This document shows, piece after piece, positions 1 through 11,298 of a DNA stretch of 64,000 nucleotides. How positions within the stretch are numbered: the stretch's first letter is position 1; every line of letters starts with the position of its first letter. A program made the position numbers and the translations under genes. Below the pieces are notes generated by a model, which was given only the letters and a program-made list of their open reading frames with translations, was not told the DNA's origin and did not search any database. The DNA is taken from NCBI GenBank assembly GCA_964653005.1, contig CAZZAN010000001.1, positions 237,898-301,897 of the forward strand. Reading direction: 5' to 3'. The stretch comes from an uncultured Dehalococcoidia bacterium. GTDB lineage: Bacteria > Chloroflexota > Dehalococcoidia > UBA6926.

Positions 1-448
1 CGTGCCGACCCATATCCGATCCTGGCTGTCCAGCAAGAGCGCGGAGACGAACACTTCATCCAGGCCGAGACTGCCGTCGTCATCCAGGCGCGACCATTGG
101 CCTTCTTCAAGGACGACGATGCCCTCCTCCGTCCCGACCCAAACAGTGCCATGAGGATGGTAGATGAACGAGGTTGTTCGCGCGGTGATCCCGCTGTTGC
201 TCGCGTTGTACGTGATAAGCGCGCCATCGTCATACAGAGACGCGCCGTTGTCGAATCCCGCGAACCATTTACGCCCGTGGACGTCTTCATAGACTTCCGT
301 CAGATACCAGCTGGCGATGCTGGTGTTTTCGGCGTTGTAAACAGTCCATAGACCGCGGCCTGAATTTGTCTGCTCGCCGCTGCCGGCGGCGCCAATGAGG
401 ACAAGCATCGTCAGGGACGCCAATGAGATGCCGCGTAATGCATTCACA
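1..448 (-). CDS. Secreted two-component-regulator propeller (Reg_prop/beta-propeller) repeat protein, N-terminal portion; the gene runs off the window start
   Basis: Own translation of the minus strand from GTG at 448 gives MNALRGISLASLTMLVLIGAAGSG(signal peptide)...RGLWTVYNAENTSIASWYLTEVYEDVHGRKWFAGFDNGASLYDDG...TVWVGTEEGIVVLEEGQW...RIWVGT repeats. A GGGA RBS lies 9 nt upstream. It is not in the ORF track because it is truncated at the window edge. Confidence 0.5.
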
Positions 449-684
449 GTCTGTTCCCTCTATGGCCGCCGCGGGCACACTGTTCCATACGATTTAATCT
501 TGTACGTGCGTAATTATCCACTCTGACCACACAGTTTAGCGCGGAATCCGGCAAGTGGCGTGGCTAGCGCCAAAAATGACGTGCGTAGGGGTCGCATGGT
601 ACGATACGGCGTGTCTGACACTGCCAAGAGCAGCGTGATCAGTGGTGGGGCTAACTGAGCTGCCTTGCGCAAAGGGGGTACCAA

Positions 685-1113
685 TTGGCGGATGAGGTTC
701 TGGGCGTATCCGTTGGAACTGTCGTCTCGTTCACGAAAGAGATTTCAGCGCGTGACGTAGAGCAGTTTGCGGAGGCGACCGGCGACGTTCAGCCCATCCA
801 CCTTGATGAGGCCTATGCCAAGCGCACTCGCTTTGGGAATCGAATAGCGCACGGAATACTCACTGCGGGTGTTATCTCTGCGGCAATCGGTACTCAGCTT
901 GTGCCAAATGCGATCGCCATCTATATGGGGCAGACACTGCAGTTCCGGGCTCCCGTGTGGCTTGGCGATTCGGTTACTGCCACGCTTGAGGTCACGGAAC
1001 TTGACGTTGAGCGGCGTCGCGCCACCATTTCAACCACGTGCACAAATCAGAAGGATGAAGTGGTCCTCACCGGCGAGGCGCTGGTGATGCTGGACACCGT
1101 GCGTGACGAGTAG
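685..1113 (+). CDS. MaoC-like (R)-specific enoyl-CoA hydratase, single hotdog fold
   Basis: 142 aa with TTG start and an AGGGGG RBS. Hotdog/MaoC signature is present (RFGNRIAHGILTAG...). Confidence 0.75.
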   Translation: MADEVLGVSVGTVVSFTKEISARDVEQFAEATGDVQPIHLDEAYAKRTRFGNRIAHGILTAGVISAAIGTQLVPNAIAIYMGQTLQFRAPVWLGDSVTATLEVTELDVERRRATISTTCTNQKDEVVLTGEALVMLDTVRDE

Positions 1114-1175
1114 CGTGACTCTCTATCGGCGTGACTCGGTCGTTTTCTCAGAATCCCTTTAGGAGGCCAACGTAG

Positions 1176-2207
1176 ATGTTTGTTCTTGACCAGGGCAACC
1201 GGATCGTCGTGCCGCGGACGGAAATGACGTATCCGGGCCACAACATGCGGATGCATGAGAACGCGGCCACCGCGCCGGTCGACCATGTGATGGCTGACCT
1301 GGAGGATGCCTGCCCGTACGAGTTCAAGGGCGAACCCTCTCGCAACACGATCATGGAGGCGTTCAACACGCTCAATTACGGGGATAAGGTCGTCACATTC
1401 CGCCCGAACAACATCCATTCCCGTTTCTTCCTCGGAGACGTGGAAACGATCATGCGCGGGGCGGTCGACAAGTTCCACGGAATCATCCTGCCCAAGGTCA
1501 CCGGGCCGGAGGACGTGATCTACGTGTCCCGTCTTCTGGATGCCCTCGAGCTTGAGGCGGGTTGGACGACGAAGGTTGCCATCGAGACCCTGATTGAGAC
1601 GCCGGAGGCGATGGTCAACGTCAGCAAGATCGCAACGGCCTCGCCGCGGATGGCAGGGCTTATTTTCGGCATCGCGGACTTCGCTGCGGTGATGGGCGTT
1701 GTGGACGTCGTGGAAGACCAGAACAAGAACTTCCACTACGCCAAGCAGCACATGGCAGTGGCGGCAAAGGCGGCAGAGCTACACGCCATCGACAACGTGT
1801 TCTTCACCCTCGTCCGGCGTGACACGTCAGAGGAGGACGCGGCGAAGATCAATGAGGATTTGCTCCAGAAGAACGTCGAGGCCGCGAACCTGGGCATGGA
1901 CGGCACGTGGATCATCCATCCACAGCAGGCGCCGATGGCCAACATGGCCTATACGCCAAGCGACTCCCTCACCGAATACGCTTCGCGGTTGATCGACAAC
2001 TACCACGAGCGCGGCGGCGGAGCGTTTGTCTTCGAGGAGACGGGCGAGTTTGTCGACGAGGCGACGGCCAAGGGCTACCTGGTTCTGCTGGCGAAGGCGG
2101 CGCAGGCGGGCAAGGTTGAAGCGGACTGGCTGTCCGAGCATGCCGCGCGACACGCTGAAATCACGGGCTATGACGTGCTGCGGCAGGCGGGCCGACACGT
2201 CGCCTAG
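1176..2207 (+). CDS. CitE/HpcH-HpaI family acyl-CoA lyase, malyl-CoA/beta-methylmalyl-CoA lyase (Mcl)-like
   Basis: 343 aa with an AGGAGG RBS. Motifs IILPKVTGPEDV and ETPEAMVNVSKIATASPRMAGLIFGIADFAA resemble the CitE/malyl-CoA lyase family. Confidence 0.7.
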   Translation: MFVLDQGNRIVVPRTEMTYPGHNMRMHENAATAPVDHVMADLEDACPYEFKGEPSRNTIMEAFNTLNYGDKVVTFRPNNIHSRFFLGDVETIMRGAVDKFHGIILPKVTGPEDVIYVSRLLDALELEAGWTTKVAIETLIETPEAMVNVSKIATASPRMAGLIFGIADFAAVMGVVDVVEDQNKNFHYAKQHMAVAAKAAELHAIDNVFFTLVRRDTSEEDAAKINEDLLQKNVEAANLGMDGTWIIHPQQAPMANMAYTPSDSLTEYASRLIDNYHERGGGAFVFEETGEFVDEATAKGYLVLLAKAAQAGKVEADWLSEHAARHAEITGYDVLRQAGRHVA

Positions 2208-2230
2208 AGGACTCACCGCCCGAGAGCGTC

Positions 2231-3391
2231 ATGCCTGATCCGATTATCGAACCGCAGGACGCCATCGCGGCTGAGGTGCGCCGGTGGGTCGACCGGGAGG
2301 TTGTCCCGGTCGTTGATGAGCTTGAGCACAACAACACCTTCCCGGACCAACTCGTGCAGGGGATGCGGGAGCTCGGCCTGTTCGAGTTGATGATTCCGCA
2401 GGAATACGGCGGTATCGGCGCAACATATGTGAGTTATTCCGGCGTGGTTGAGGAGTTGGCACGGGGGTGGATGAGCCTCGGCGGCATCCTGAATACCCAC
2501 GTCATCATCACGCACCTTGTCGCCTCTTACGGCACCGATGACCAGAAGCAGCGTTATCTGCCGCAGTTGGCGACGGCTGAGCGGCGCGGGGCGCTGACGA
2601 TTACCGAGCCGAACGCAGGGTCCGACGTGCAGGCGATCCAGACCGTGGCCGTGAAGGATGGCGACGATTATGTGGTGAATGGCTCCAAGCTGTTTGTGAG
2701 CAACGGACGGCGCGGCGGCCTGTTCGCAATGGCCGTCAAGACGGACCCCCATGTTGATCCGCGCTATCGCGGCATCTCCTGCCTGCTGGTGCAGCCGGAT
2801 TTTGAGGGCTTCAACGTTACGCGTGACATTGAAAAGCTGGGTTACAAGGGCATCGAAGCGTCTGAACTGTCGATGGACGATCTCCGAGTGCCCGCGAGCA
2901 ACCTGCTTGGCGGTGAGGAAGGACAGGGATTCTTCCAGATTCTGAGCGGCGTTGAGGTGGGTCGTGTTAACACGGCGGCGCGAGCCGTTGGTGTGGCGCG
3001 TGCGGCATTCGAGGCCGCCGCCACGTATGCTCAGCAGCGGCAGGCGTTCGGCAAACCCATCGGAGAGCACCAGGCCATCCAGCTCAAGCTGGCGGATATG
3101 TATACGAATATCACCGCGGCGCGTCTGTTGGCGCGGTGGGCCGCAGGCGTCAAAGACCAGGGCGGGCGCGCCGACACTGAAGTCGGCATGGCCAAGCTGT
3201 TCGCGACGGAGGTCGCGACGCAGGCGACGCTGGAATCCATGCGTATCCACGGCGGGATAGGCTATACGAAGGAGATGCCGGTGGAGCGGTTCTTCCGTGA
3301 CGCGCCCGGCATGATGATCTATGAGGGCACAAACGAGATTCAGCGGACAATCATCGCTCGAAGTGTGTTGCAGCGGTACGCGGTGAATTAA
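2231..3391 (+). CDS. Acyl-CoA dehydrogenase (short/medium-chain type)
   Basis: 386 aa. ACAD motifs are present: ...GALTITEPNAGSDV..., C-terminal ...IYEGTNEIQR... Confidence 0.85.
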   Translation: MPDPIIEPQDAIAAEVRRWVDREVVPVVDELEHNNTFPDQLVQGMRELGLFELMIPQEYGGIGATYVSYSGVVEELARGWMSLGGILNTHVIITHLVASYGTDDQKQRYLPQLATAERRGALTITEPNAGSDVQAIQTVAVKDGDDYVVNGSKLFVSNGRRGGLFAMAVKTDPHVDPRYRGISCLLVQPDFEGFNVTRDIEKLGYKGIEASELSMDDLRVPASNLLGGEEGQGFFQILSGVEVGRVNTAARAVGVARAAFEAAATYAQQRQAFGKPIGEHQAIQLKLADMYTNITAARLLARWAAGVKDQGGRADTEVGMAKLFATEVATQATLESMRIHGGIGYTKEMPVERFFRDAPGMMIYEGTNEIQRTIIARSVLQRYAVN

Positions 3392-3405
3392 GCGGGAGAA
3401 TACCC

Positions 3406-3870
3406 ATGCAATTTGGACGATATCTCGAAGAGTTTGAAGAGGGCGCGGTGTACAAGCACTGGCCCGGCAGGACAATCACGCAGGCGGACGACATCGCCTT
3501 CTGCATGTTGACGATGAATCACCATCCCCTGCACATCGATGAAGAGTTCGGCAGGAACAGCCAGTTCGGACAGAACGTGGTGGTGGGCAACCTGGTCGTA
3601 GACATTGCCTTTGGTCTCAGCGTGTCGGACGTGTCCGGGCGTGCCATTGCCAATCTCGGGCTGGATGAGATTCGATTCCACAAGCCGACGTTCCACGGGG
3701 ATACAATCTACGCGGAGACAGAGGTGCTGTCCGTGCGGCCAAGCGATACCAGGCCGGATCGCGGCGTCGTAACGGTCGAGACCCGTGCGACAAATCAACG
3801 TGAAGAGACGGTGATGACGTTCAAGCGGAGCGTGCTGATTCCGCGAAAGCCGGAGGACAGTGAGGGTTAG
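3406..3870 (+). CDS. MaoC-like enoyl-CoA hydratase/dehydratase (hotdog)
   Basis: 154 aa with a GGGAGAA RBS. Hotdog fold, itaconyl/mesaconyl-CoA hydratase-like sequence. Confidence 0.7.
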   Translation: MQFGRYLEEFEEGAVYKHWPGRTITQADDIAFCMLTMNHHPLHIDEEFGRNSQFGQNVVVGNLVVDIAFGLSVSDVSGRAIANLGLDEIRFHKPTFHGDTIYAETEVLSVRPSDTRPDRGVVTVETRATNQREETVMTFKRSVLIPRKPEDSEG

Positions 3871-3881
3871 GGGGCGTCGCT

Positions 3882-5546
3882 ATGGCAACACGCTCTGAAG
3901 AAGAAATCCGCGCAGCCCACGCCGCGTGGGAGGAAAAGACCGCCGGCGCCCGTGAGCGCAAGGAGTCCTTTGACACGGATTCCATCGAGGGCATCAGCCG
4001 GGCCTATTCGCCTGAAAGCATCCCTGACCTGGACTTTCTCGGTGAAGTCGGATTTCCCGGCGAGTATCCGTTCACCCGCGGCGTGCAGCCCACCATGTAC
4101 CGCGGGCGGCTCTGGACGATGCGGCAATACGCCGGATTCGGCACGCCGACGGAATCCAACGAACGGTTCCGCTACCTGCTGGAGCAGGGGCAGACGGGGC
4201 TCTCCGTCGCATTTGATCTCCCAACTCAGCTGGGCTACGACTCCGATGATTCGCACTCGCTTGGCGAGGTCGGTAAGGTCGGCGTGGCAATCGATTCCCT
4301 GCGCGATATGGAGTTGATGTTCGAGGACATCCCACTGGACAAGGTCAGCACGTCGATGACCATCAACGCGCCGGCTGCCTTGCTGGTCGCCATGTACGTG
4401 GCGGTGGGCGAGAAGCAGGGGCATGAGCCCGCCGCGCTCACCGGGACCGCGCAGAATGATGTCCTCAAGGAATACATCGCGCGCGGAACGTATATCTACC
4501 CGCCGGGGCCATCATTGCGCCTTGCCGCGGATCTCGTGGGCTATTGCGCTCGGGAGATGCCGCGATTCAACAGTATCTCCATCAGCGGCTACCACATGCG
4601 TGACGCGGGGAGCACGGCGGCGCAGGAGATTGCATTCACATTCGCCAACGCCATTGCCTACGGCGAGGCGTTTGTTGAGCGTGGCGTCGACGCGGATTCG
4701 TGGGGCCCGCGCGTCTCATGGATTTTCAATACGCACAACAACTTCCTCGAAGAGGTTGCCAAGTACCGTGCGCTGCGCCGCATGTGGGCGAAGATCATGA
4801 AGGAGCGCTTCGGCGCGCAGGACCCGCGCTCATGGATGCTCCGCACGCACACCCAGACCGGCGGCTCCACGTTGACTGCTCAGCAGCCGCAGAACAATAT
4901 CGTCCGCGCGGCGTACCAGGCCATGGCGGCGGTGCTCGGCGGCGTGCAGAGCCTGGCGTTGTCTTGCTACGACGAGGCGCTTGGCATCCCGACGGATGAG
5001 GCACAGCGCGTGGCTTTGCGCACTCAGCAGATTCTCGCGCATGAGACGGGTGTGGCGGACACGGTAGACCCGCTTGCGGGTTCCTACTTCGTCGAGTGGA
5101 TGACCAACAATCTTGAGGAAAAGGCGTGGCAGTACCTGCGCCAGATTGAGGATCTTGGCGGCGCCGTGACAGCAATTGAGAACGGCGTCATTCAAAAGGA
5201 GATCGCGCAGGCATCCTACGACGTGCAGCAGTCCATCGAGAACGGTGATCAGCTTGTGGTCGGCGTCAACTCGTTCACGGACGGCAACGAAGACCAGTCG
5301 CTGCAGGTGTTCCGCGTGGACAACCGTGTCGTCGCGGAGCAGCATCAGTCGCTGGAGCGCGTGCGCGCTGAGCGGAGCGCAGAGGACGTGACGAACGCGC
5401 TTGAGGCACTGCGCGGAGCGGCCCGAGGGAATGACGACCTGATGGAGCCAATTCTTGGCGCGGTGCGGGCGTACGCGACGACAGGCGAGATCTCCGAGGC
5501 GCTGAGAGACGTGTTCGGGGAGTACACGCCGCCGGTTGAGGTATAA
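3882..5546 (+). CDS. Acyl-CoA mutase large (catalytic, TIM-barrel) subunit, methylmalonyl-CoA mutase family; no C-terminal B12-binding domain
   Basis: 554 aa. Strong MCM-family similarity: [59 protein letters not shown]. No DxHxxG cobalamin-binding motif is present, and no small-subunit gene is adjacent. Confidence 0.85.
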   Translation: MATRSEEEIRAAHAAWEEKTAGARERKESFDTDSIEGISRAYSPESIPDLDFLGEVGFPGEYPFTRGVQPTMYRGRLWTMRQYAGFGTPTESNERFRYLLEQGQTGLSVAFDLPTQLGYDSDDSHSLGEVGKVGVAIDSLRDMELMFEDIPLDKVSTSMTINAPAALLVAMYVAVGEKQGHEPAALTGTAQNDVLKEYIARGTYIYPPGPSLRLAADLVGYCAREMPRFNSISISGYHMRDAGSTAAQEIAFTFANAIAYGEAFVERGVDADSWGPRVSWIFNTHNNFLEEVAKYRALRRMWAKIMKERFGAQDPRSWMLRTHTQTGGSTLTAQQPQNNIVRAAYQAMAAVLGGVQSLALSCYDEALGIPTDEAQRVALRTQQILAHETGVADTVDPLAGSYFVEWMTNNLEEKAWQYLRQIEDLGGAVTAIENGVIQKEIAQASYDVQQSIENGDQLVVGVNSFTDGNEDQSLQVFRVDNRVVAEQHQSLERVRAERSAEDVTNALEALRGAARGNDDLMEPILGAVRAYATTGEISEALRDVFGEYTPPVEV

Positions 5547-5550
5547 GGCA

Positions 5551-5943
5551 ATGGCCGACGCGAAATTTACACCCAAGTCCATTCAGAGCGTGAAAGAATC
5601 GGCGAACGCGGTCTGGCAGGAGCTGAAAGACAGGTACGGAGAAGATATTTATCTGAATGCCTTGGAGATTGAATTCAAGGAACGAAAGCTCCGCTATGAA
5701 CGGGAAAAGGAGTTGACGGTCAGCTACAAGGGCAATGATGTGGGACGACTAAAGGCGGACTTCGTCCTGTATGGGAATCTAATCATTGAGGTCAAATGCA
5801 GCGTCGCGCCTGCCCAGGATCATGTCGAGCAGTTGCGGGGCTATATGAAGCAGACAGGAATATCTGGCGGGCTCTTGGTGTATTTTCCGCGATTTTACAC
5901 GGAATCACCCACCTATATTGAAATTCCGGGTGACCTACAGTAG
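5551..5943 (+). CDS. GxxExxY family protein (PD-(D/E)xK-like small protein)
   Basis: About 130 aa from ATG 5551; the track's TTG at 5536 overlaps the mutase stop. Shows LKADFVLYGNLIIEVKCS...QLRGYMKQTGISGGLLVYF. GC is markedly lower than the flanking genes. Confidence 0.65.
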   Translation: MADAKFTPKSIQSVKESANAVWQELKDRYGEDIYLNALEIEFKERKLRYEREKELTVSYKGNDVGRLKADFVLYGNLIIEVKCSVAPAQDHVEQLRGYMKQTGISGGLLVYFPRFYTESPTYIEIPGDLQ

Positions 5944-5984
5944 GCAGAGACAGGAATAAGAAAGAGAAAGAGGGGGTAAGGACG

Positions 5985-6734
5985 ATGGCAGGACTGTTGG
6001 ACGGCAAGGTGGCGCTCGTTACGGGTGGATCACGCGGCATCGGCCGCGCAACCGCGGTGGAGCTGGCAGCAAGCGGCGCAGCGGTGGCCGTGAATTATAA
6101 CGCGAATGCGGACGCAGCCAACGAGGTGGTCAGTGAGATTACGGGCGCGGGCGGCAAGGCCGGCGCGTACCAGTTCAATATCGCCGACCGCGCAGCGGTT
6201 GATTCCCAGATCGATCAGATCGTGTCCGACCTCGGACCGGTCCAGATTCTTGTGAACAACGCAGGCGCAACCGCGGACCGCACGCTCAGGAATATGACGG
6301 ACGACCAGTGGGACAGCGTTATCGAGGTCAACCTGACCGGAACGTTCAATGTGACCAAGAAGGTCTGGAACATCATGGGCGAGGCCGGCGGCGGCCACAT
6401 CGTCAACATCAGCTCCATCGTTGGCGAGGCGGGACGGCTTGGCCTGATCAACTACTCGACGGCCAAGGCAGGGCTTTTGGGCTTCACCAAGACGGCAGCG
6501 CGCGAGGGCGCTCGCACGAATATCCAGGTGAACGCCATCGCGCCCGGGTTCATCGACACGGATATGATTTCCGGCCTGACGCCGGAGATGAAGGAAAACC
6601 TCAAGAAGGAGGCCGTTCTTGGCCGACTCGGCGAGGTTGAGGAGATCGCGAAGGTCGTGCGGTTCATCGTGAGCGAGGCGAGCTACATGACGGGCGCAAC
6701 GATCGACGTGAACGGCGGGATGTACTACCGCTAG
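5985..6734 (+). CDS. SDR-family 3-oxoacyl-ACP / acetoacetyl-CoA reductase (FabG/PhaB-like)
   Basis: 249 aa. TGGSRGIGRA Rossmann motif and YSTAKAG catalytic motif. Confidence 0.85.
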   Translation: MAGLLDGKVALVTGGSRGIGRATAVELAASGAAVAVNYNANADAANEVVSEITGAGGKAGAYQFNIADRAAVDSQIDQIVSDLGPVQILVNNAGATADRTLRNMTDDQWDSVIEVNLTGTFNVTKKVWNIMGEAGGGHIVNISSIVGEAGRLGLINYSTAKAGLLGFTKTAAREGARTNIQVNAIAPGFIDTDMISGLTPEMKENLKKEAVLGRLGEVEEIAKVVRFIVSEASYMTGATIDVNGGMYYR

Positions 6735-6776
6735 TACTCCGTCTGTTACAGGGATACAACCCAGGGGGATCAAACC

Positions 6777-7964
6777 ATGAGCGATGCAGTAATCGTGAGC
6801 GCAGTGCGAACCGCGGTTGGGGCAATGGGTGGCGGCCTTTCGAACGTTGCGGCGCCAAAGCTGGGCGCAGTCACCATCCAGGAGGCCATCGGGCGCTCCG
6901 GGATTCCGGAGGAAATCCTGCCGGATGAGGTGTTGATGGGGAACGTAATCCAGGCCGGGCTGGGCCAGAACCCTGCCCGCCAGTCCGCCATCCAGAGCGG
7001 CCTGCCGGTGAGCGTGCCCTCCACCACCATCAACAAGGTCTGCGGCTCCGGCCTCAAGACCGTCATCCTGGCGTCACAGGCCATCCGCGCAGGCGATGCC
7101 AGCTACATCGTCGCGGGCGGCATGGAGAACATGAGCGCCGGTCCGTACCTGGTGCAGAACGGCCGCTACGGCTATCGGCTCGGCAACGCCGAGTTGGTTG
7201 ACGCGACGGTCCACGACGGGCTGTGGTGCGCGATGGAAGATTGCCATATGGGCATCACCGCGGAGAACGTGGCTGCCGAGTATGGCGTCACACGCGAGGA
7301 CCAGGACGCCTTCTCCGCAGAGTCACAGCGGCGCGCCGGTGAGGCGATGAGCAGCGGCCGTTTCGCCGATGAAATCGTCAACGTGGAGATTCCGCAGAGG
7401 CGCGGCGACCCGGTGGTCGTGAACACCGATGAGCACCCACGCCCGGACTCCACCAGCGAGACGCTGGGGCGACTCCGCCCTGCGTTCACACAGGACAACG
7501 GCACGGTGACGGCCGGCAACGCCTCCGGCATCAACGACGGAGCGGCAACGACAATCGTCGTCTCTGAGGAGTTCGCCAATGAGCACGGCCTCAAGCCGCT
7601 GGCGCGCGTTCGCGGTTATGCCGCGGCGGGCGTCGATCCGCGCATCATGGGCATCGGCCCCATCACTGCCATGCAGAAGGCCGTCCGCCACGCAGGGCTG
7701 TCCATCAGTGACATTGACCTGATCGAGTTGAACGAGGCGTTCGCCGCGCAGTCCGTTGCGGTGTCACGCGAGCTTGAGCTCGATCCGGACATCGTGAACG
7801 TCAACGGCGGCGCAATCGCCATCGGTCACCCAATCGGCGCGTCCGGCACGCGCATTCTCGTCACCCTGCTCCATGAGATGCAGAAGCGAGAGACGCAGTT
7901 CGGGATGGCTTCCTTGTGCATCGGCGGCGGACAGGGCATCGCCCTGGTCGTTGAGGCCGTATAG
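6777..7964 (+). CDS. Acetyl-CoA C-acetyltransferase (thiolase II, PhaA/AtoB-like)
   Basis: 395 aa. Thiolase motifs: [34 protein letters not shown]. Confidence 0.9.
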   Translation: MSDAVIVSAVRTAVGAMGGGLSNVAAPKLGAVTIQEAIGRSGIPEEILPDEVLMGNVIQAGLGQNPARQSAIQSGLPVSVPSTTINKVCGSGLKTVILASQAIRAGDASYIVAGGMENMSAGPYLVQNGRYGYRLGNAELVDATVHDGLWCAMEDCHMGITAENVAAEYGVTREDQDAFSAESQRRAGEAMSSGRFADEIVNVEIPQRRGDPVVVNTDEHPRPDSTSETLGRLRPAFTQDNGTVTAGNASGINDGAATTIVVSEEFANEHGLKPLARVRGYAAAGVDPRIMGIGPITAMQKAVRHAGLSISDIDLIELNEAFAAQSVAVSRELELDPDIVNVNGGAIAIGHPIGASGTRILVTLLHEMQKRETQFGMASLCIGGGQGIALVVEAV

Positions 7965-8033
7965 GAGGTTACCCCTCGGGCCTGCCGGCAGGCGTACAAT
8001 CGAATAGTACGGGATTGACAAGGAGTTGGGCTG

Positions 8034-8231
8034 GTGACGACGGTGGAAGAGCGCGTTAGTTTCATCGAGGGCAGACTGGACCAGTTCGCCACGAAGGCCG
8101 ACATAGCCGACGTGAGGACCGATCTTGCTGCTCTGGAATCGCGCTTGATCAAATGGATGGTAACCCTGCAATTGCTTGGGCTGGGCGCAATAGCAGCAAT
8201 CGTGGCCACAGCAGTCCAGCTACTGGGATAG
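8034..8231 (+). CDS. Hypothetical small protein with a C-terminal TM helix
   Basis: 65 aa: coiled-coil-like N-terminus plus a hydrophobic C-terminus. No recognised family; weak call. Confidence 0.3.
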   Translation: MTTVEERVSFIEGRLDQFATKADIADVRTDLAALESRLIKWMVTLQLLGLGAIAAIVATAVQLLG

Positions 8232-8364
8232 CGACGACATTTCACCACTTGGCGCAGACAGTAGAAATCAACCCTCCGGCTCGCGAATTGTCAGGGGATG
8301 GCCGCCCAACGGCGCGGCCCGTGACACTTGCGAATCGTGAAGGGACATGCGTATACTGCGCGTG

Positions 8365-8391
8365 TTAGCACTCTCCGCGTGAGAGTGCTAA
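8365..8391 (+). promoter_or_regulatory. CIRCE operator (HrcA binding site) upstream of groES
   Basis: TTAGCACTC-tccgcgtga-GAGTGCTAA is a perfect 9-N9-9 inverted repeat matching the CIRCE consensus, about 40 nt upstream of the groES start. Confidence 0.85.
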
Positions 8392-8431
8392 TTGTGCGAA
8401 AACAACGGTTACAGGAGGGATAGAGAGAGGT

Positions 8432-8725
8432 ATGGCGCGCACATTTCAGCCGCTAGGGGATCGAATTGTGATCAAGCCGATTGAGCAGGAGGAGGTCTCC
8501 AAGGGAGGTCTGGTCCTGCCGGACACGGCGCGGGAGCGTCCTCAGGAGGGCGAGGTCATTGCGGCCGGCCCGGGACGACTCACCGACGAGGGCAGCCGGA
8601 TACCGATGGAACTCGTCGTCGGTGACAAGGTTCTGTACGCGAAGTACGCGGGAACCGAGCTCAAGGAAGACGACGAGGACTACCTGGTGCTCCGGGAGTC
8701 CGACATCCTGGCGAAGATCAGCTAG
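8432..8725 (+). CDS. groES: Co-chaperonin GroES
   Basis: 97 aa. LGDRIVIKP...GGLVLPD...GEVIAAGPG...VGDKVLY. Confidence 0.95.
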   Translation: MARTFQPLGDRIVIKPIEQEEVSKGGLVLPDTARERPQEGEVIAAGPGRLTDEGSRIPMELVVGDKVLYAKYAGTELKEDDEDYLVLRESDILAKIS

Positions 8726-10369
<1,644 letters not shown>

Positions 10370-10394
10370 GCCGACTCAACTGATTCGAGACCGC

Positions 10395-10437
10395 AAGTCC
10401 CCCGCTCACCGTGCGGTGAGCGGGGGACTTCTTTTTT
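10395..10437 (+). terminator. Rho-independent terminator of the groESL operon
   Basis: aagtcccccgctcacc-gtgc-ggtgagcgggggactt forms a 16-bp perfect stem, followed by cTTTTTTg. Confidence 0.75.
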
Positions 10438-10492
10438 GCAGAGATTGGTTGTTTGGCCAAACCGCCTGTACCATCACTCAGGGGGTGAACTC

Positions 10493-11212
10493 ATGGGACA
10501 ACTTGATGGCAAGGTCTGCATCATAACCGGAGGGGGCAGGGGCATCGGAAAAGGGATTGCGCGCGCATTCGCCAAGGAAGGCGCGACGCTCGTCCTGGCT
10601 TCGCGGCAACTTGACACTCTCAATGAGACAGCCGAGGAGATGCGGGGCTATGGATCGCCAACCCTCGTGGTCCAGACGGATGTGACCAGCGAGGAGCAGA
10701 TCAAGAGCCTCTTTGAGACGACAATGGCGGAACACGGGCGAGTGGACATCCTGGTGAATAATTCCGGCGTGTTCGACGGCGGCCCCGTCGATGAACTCCC
10801 GTTGGAAACGTGGAATAAGGTCATCGCCATCAACCTCACCGCGGCTTTCATCTGCACGAGAGAGGCCATGAAGATCATGAAGCCGCAGGGCGGCGGACGG
10901 ATCATCAACATCGGCAGCATCTCGTCGAGTATCCCCAGGATGAACTCGGCCGCCTACGCAACCTCCAAGCACGGAATCATCGGCCTCACGAAGTCGACCG
11001 CGCTTGAGGGCAGGGACTTCGGCATCTCAGCGGGCGCGCTACACCCGGGAAGCGTCACCCTGGAGTGGCGCGGGCCTGAGGATCCGAACGCAACGATGTC
11101 GGTGGACGACATCGCCATCGGAGCATTGGCAATGGCGACGATGCCAGAGTATGCGACGATGCTTGACGCGACGGTTCTGCCCATCAGGCAGCCATTCCTG
11201 GGACGGGGGTAA
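10493..11212 (+). CDS. SDR-family oxidoreductase
   Basis: About 239 aa from ATG 10493 with a GGGGGTG RBS; the track's TTG start at 10436 lies inside the groEL terminator. ITGGGRGIGKG and YATSKHG motifs. Its last about 25 codons are duplicated at 14354-14430. Confidence 0.8.
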   Translation: MGQLDGKVCIITGGGRGIGKGIARAFAKEGATLVLASRQLDTLNETAEEMRGYGSPTLVVQTDVTSEEQIKSLFETTMAEHGRVDILVNNSGVFDGGPVDELPLETWNKVIAINLTAAFICTREAMKIMKPQGGGRIINIGSISSSIPRMNSAAYATSKHGIIGLTKSTALEGRDFGISAGALHPGSVTLEWRGPEDPNATMSVDDIAIGALAMATMPEYATMLDATVLPIRQPFLGRG

Positions 11213-11217
11213 CCCGG
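11141..11217 (+). repeat. Direct repeat, left copy (SDR 3' end, MPEYATMLDATVLPIRQPFLGRG*)
   Basis: 77 bp, with about 8 mismatches to 14354-14430. All mismatches fall at third codon positions and both copies encode the identical peptide. Confidence 0.85.
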
Positions 11218-11298
11218 CAGCCCCCCGAAGGCGGGGCGACCGTATACTAAAGTACTGACAGTAAGTCGAAGGGATCTGGTTCGGCATCGGAGGGGGAT

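Noticed and set aside
2213-3475. 420-aa minus-strand ORF antisense to the acyl-CoA dehydrogenase gene, and many similar long antisense ORFs (1047-1751, 6030-6773, 16991-17848, 35233-36123, 47773-48696, 51948-52832)
   Set aside because: High-GC genomes produce long spurious open frames opposite real genes. The sense-strand genes have clear family signatures and the antisense products are low-complexity Arg/Ala/Pro-rich.
10436-10492. TTG start at 10436 for the SDR gene, as given in the ORF track
   Set aside because: The TTG lies inside the groEL terminator hairpin/T-tract. ATG 10493 has a proper RBS and gives a normal SDR N-terminus just ahead of the Gly-rich motif.
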